This document shows positions 36,339 to 39,249 of a DNA stretch of 39,249 nucleotides, in pieces. Below the pieces are notes generated by a model. The model did not search any database. It had not been told where the DNA came from and saw only the letters and a list, made by a program, of their open reading frames with translations. The stretch spans positions 1 through 39,249 of the IMG/VR virus record IMGVR_UViG_2861079508_000003; one strand, given 5' to 3'. The stretch is from a virus (lineage: Duplodnaviria > Heunggongvirae > Uroviricota > Caudoviricetes). The translations under genes and the position numbers were made by a program. Each line of letters begins with the position of its first letter. Positions within the stretch are counted from its first letter, which is position 1.

Positions 36339-38816
36339 ATGACAGATTCAATAAATGCCAATGTTGTAGTCAGCATGCCTTCGCAACTCTTCACTATGGC
36401 TCGTTCTTTTAAAGCCGTAGCTAATGGAAAGATTTATATCGGTAAAATTGACACTGACCCAGTAAATCCTGAAAACCAGATTCAGGTTTATGTGGAGAAT
36501 GAAGACGGTTCTCACGTTCCTGTTTCGCAGCCAATCATCATTAACGCTGCTGGATATCCGGTATATAACGGACAGATTGCCAAGTTCGTAACTGTGCAAG
36601 GCCATTCTATGGCTGTATACGATGCGTATGGTGCGCAGCAGTTCTATTTTCCTAATGTGCTGAAGTATGACCCCGATCAGCTACGGCCGCAATTAGAAGA
36701 TCCAGATGGCGCTAAAAAATATCCTGAGTTGCAGATGGCACGATGGAGAGATTGTGGAGATGTTAGAGGGTGGGGAGCAAAAATAGATGGGGTAACAGAT
36801 GATTCAGATGCTTTTATTAAAGCTTTAAACTCTGGAAGGTCGGTTATAACAATTCCTGAAGGAATATGCATCATCAAGAAGAATATTAACATTCCTGAGG
36901 GGTGTTCACTGGTTGGATCTGGCATTGATTATTGGGATACATATAGACCAGCGCCTGAAAGATTATTAAAAAGTTGGAGCAAAGGAACCCATCTTGTATT
37001 TACTGGTGATGGAGAAAAAAACAAATATTTTTTTAACATCTCTAATGAAAGACCGGTTAAAATTGTTGAAGGGATATCTTGTAAGTTCACTGAGTTTACG
37101 AATGAAGATTCTGTAGGTGTTACTCCTGCTACACCAAAAGCCATGAGCGTAGCTGTTAGTATCAACAGGGCATCACAGTTACGCAATCTGAGAATAATGG
37201 TAAGTAAAAATGGTATTGAAGGATACAATAACCCTGATTCTTATTCATTGGGTGATAACTGGGATATAGGGTTGCATGTATACGATAGCTGTGATTCAGT
37301 TATTGATAACGTACAGATTGTCGGATATTGGAGGGTAAAAGGACTACTACTGACAGAAAATGACGGGAGCCTTTCAATGAAGGGAAATCCTGAAAAAACG
37401 CACTTTAATAACGTTTATGTCCAGTCAGGAATCGCGATAAGGAATAGCCCTCAGATTGATCTTGTAAGTAATACTGAAAGCTCAGTGACATTTAAACATA
37501 AAAAGTCGATGAGAATAACTTCAGTTAAACAGTTTAAAATTGCTGGCAGTGAATCAGTATATACGTATTCAGATGCATCATTTGATGGAACTAACATCAC
37601 ACTATCTGGTATTTCTCCTGAAATACAAGGTACAATAAGTGTAATAAGGTTTCCGTCAATTGGTAATAATTTTAGCGGGACTGTTTTTGAGAATACAGTA
37701 GCCACTACTCTTGATCATACATCAGGTAAGCCATCAGAATACTTTGGCCTTCCTGCATCCTTTGCATTAGAGGTTGATGGTTTCCCTGTTCGTAATTTAA
37801 GGTTTGATAAATTCAAAGCTCAAACAACATTTGATAAAGGAAATTGCATTTTTGGTGATTGCCGTGATGTTAAAATAACATCATCTGAGTTTGAAAATGG
37901 AATTATGATTGCGTATAACCTGACCGAGACTCAGGGTTATACAGGAAATCTTAGATTTTTTGCTTCTGATCTTCAGAGCAGCGTTAACACAAGTGAGTTT
38001 AAACCAAGAGACGCATTTGTAGACAATAGACAAATAAAAACGGAGTTTACTGATGGTTCGTTCATCATAAAGAACTGGAGGCCTACAGATACAAAAATAC
38101 AATGGTCGTCTGGAGTAGATGCTATTGTTCTTAGAGAGTCACCTGACGAACAATCAAACGGAAATATTTCCGGGCATCACATTGATGGTAAAAGATGGAT
38201 TTATGTTAGTGGATATAACAAAGATATAAATATTTCATCAAGAAACTTAAGCGTAAAAAACCATGGTGATGACTCTGCAGTTATTAATATATTCGGCGAC
38301 TCTGGAAATATTGCCATTAAAGGTAATTTTTCACCAATTATTGATAACAGCAAATCTCTTGGTGCACCATCATTTAGATGGGCTCAGATTTATTCTGCAT
38401 CCGGGACTATAAGCACATCAGATGAAACACTTAAAACAATATATGACATTACTCAGGCAGAGCGTGATGCTGCGCTGGAAATAAAGGGAATTATATGCAA
38501 GTTCAGGTTTAATGAGTCGATTAATTTTAAAGGATTGGAGTTATCAAGGTATCATTTTGGAGTTGGCGCTCAAACCGTAGGAGATATTCTTAGAAAGCAT
38601 GGTTTAAATCCTGAGCAATATGCTTTTTGGTGTTACGATGAATGGCCAGACGTATGGGATGAAGAGGTGATAACTGAAGAGAGCACAGATCCTGATACAG
38701 GTGAGAAAATTTATTCTCAATATAAAACAGGAAATATGATTCTTGTAAAAAAAGCAGGTGGACGCTACGGAATTCGTTATGACGAATTGGCTATGTTTAT
38801 ATTAATGGCAATGTAG
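36339..38816 (+). CDS. Tailspike protein: P22-type N-terminal head-binding domain, divergent receptor-binding domain, C-terminal intramolecular-chaperone-like domain
   Basis: From ATG at 36339: [60 protein letters not shown].. matches recalled P22 gp9 for about 115 aa; the rest differs; C-terminus (..[29 protein letters not shown]..) resembles auto-cleaving chaperone domains. Confidence 0.8.
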   Translation: MTDSINANVVVSMPSQLFTMARSFKAVANGKIYIGKIDTDPVNPENQIQVYVENEDGSHVPVSQPIIINAAGYPVYNGQIAKFVTVQGHSMAVYDAYGAQQFYFPNVLKYDPDQLRPQLEDPDGAKKYPELQMARWRDCGDVRGWGAKIDGVTDDSDAFIKALNSGRSVITIPEGICIIKKNINIPEGCSLVGSGIDYWDTYRPAPERLLKSWSKGTHLVFTGDGEKNKYFFNISNERPVKIVEGISCKFTEFTNEDSVGVTPATPKAMSVAVSINRASQLRNLRIMVSKNGIEGYNNPDSYSLGDNWDIGLHVYDSCDSVIDNVQIVGYWRVKGLLLTENDGSLSMKGNPEKTHFNNVYVQSGIAIRNSPQIDLVSNTESSVTFKHKKSMRITSVKQFKIAGSESVYTYSDASFDGTNITLSGISPEIQGTISVIRFPSIGNNFSGTVFENTVATTLDHTSGKPSEYFGLPASFALEVDGFPVRNLRFDKFKAQTTFDKGNCIFGDCRDVKITSSEFENGIMIAYNLTETQGYTGNLRFFASDLQSSVNTSEFKPRDAFVDNRQIKTEFTDGSFIIKNWRPTDTKIQWSSGVDAIVLRESPDEQSNGNISGHHIDGKRWIYVSGYNKDINISSRNLSVKNHGDDSAVINIFGDSGNIAIKGNFSPIIDNSKSLGAPSFRWAQIYSASGTISTSDETLKTIYDITQAERDAALEIKGIICKFRFNESINFKGLELSRYHFGVGAQTVGDILRKHGLNPEQYAFWCYDEWPDVWDEEVITEESTDPDTGEKIYSQYKTGNMILVKKAGGRYGIRYDELAMFILMAM

Positions 38817-38834
38817 TTGCAATAAATGCAGTAT

Positions 38835-38864
38835 ATCCCGCATGAAAACTGCGGGATTGTTTTT
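38835..38864 (+). terminator. Rho-independent terminator after the tailspike gene
   Basis: 7-bp stem ATCCCGC/GCGGGAT with 9-nt loop followed by TGTTTTT, about 20 bp after the stop. Confidence 0.55.
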
Positions 38865-39249
38865 ATCTAGTGTATTTGTGAGTTTTAAATAAAATTTGGT
38901 ATGGATTCTTGCATCGTAGTGAACGCATGATTACCTATGAAACAAAACTGAGACACACAAAGCTTTGCACTGGATTGCAAGGCTTTGTGCTCTTCGATGG
39001 TGGTTAAGGTGGATCACTCCACCTTTTCATCAAGCCAGTCCGCCCACCACTGCATCATTTCTCTGCGCTTAACGTAGTTGATGCATCACTATCACCCTGT
39101 AATGGCTTATTACTGGTTTGCAGACAGGTAGGCATGAACATATGCCTGCGCATGAAGATGGAACTAGTCCGGATGCGATATTTTTGGTGATCACGTACAT
39201 CATCAACGAAGTGCGTTATGGTGAGTTTGATGACTACCCGCTGAAGTGA

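Overview
This window reads as most of a P22-like (lambdoid, short-tailed) temperate prophage of an enterobacterial host, running from the excisionase (integrase presumably just left of position 1) to the tailspike and a probable right prophage end. Layout: 1-7000 is the leftward early operon (xis, a chain of small translationally coupled unknown genes, Ea22-like proteins, abc2, ssb, erf, cIII, N); 7000-8750 is the immunity region (PL/OL, nutL, cI-type repressor, OR/PR, cro, nutR, cII); 8750-16050 holds replication (O-like initiator with internal iteron origin, DnaB-type helicase), the nin region (ninB, dam, ninE, ninF, Rha/KilAC protein, rusA, ninH) and Q; 16020-18420 holds PR'/tR', two tRNA genes and a lambda-type lysis cassette (S, R, Rz/Rz1); 19370-34700 is the P22-type morphogenesis block (small and large terminase, portal, scaffold, coat, gp4, gp10, tail needle, ejection proteins); 34790-38816 holds a lipoprotein, an Mnt-like repressor and the tailspike. 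Overlaid on this backbone are five free-standing HNH homing-endonuclease-like genes at module junctions, one of them split by a complete IS1 element with an 8-bp target duplication. All calls come from reading the sequence and the ORF track and from recalled family features; no database search was run. Coordinates of manually indexed sites (terminators, tRNAs, operators) may be off by 1-2 bp.
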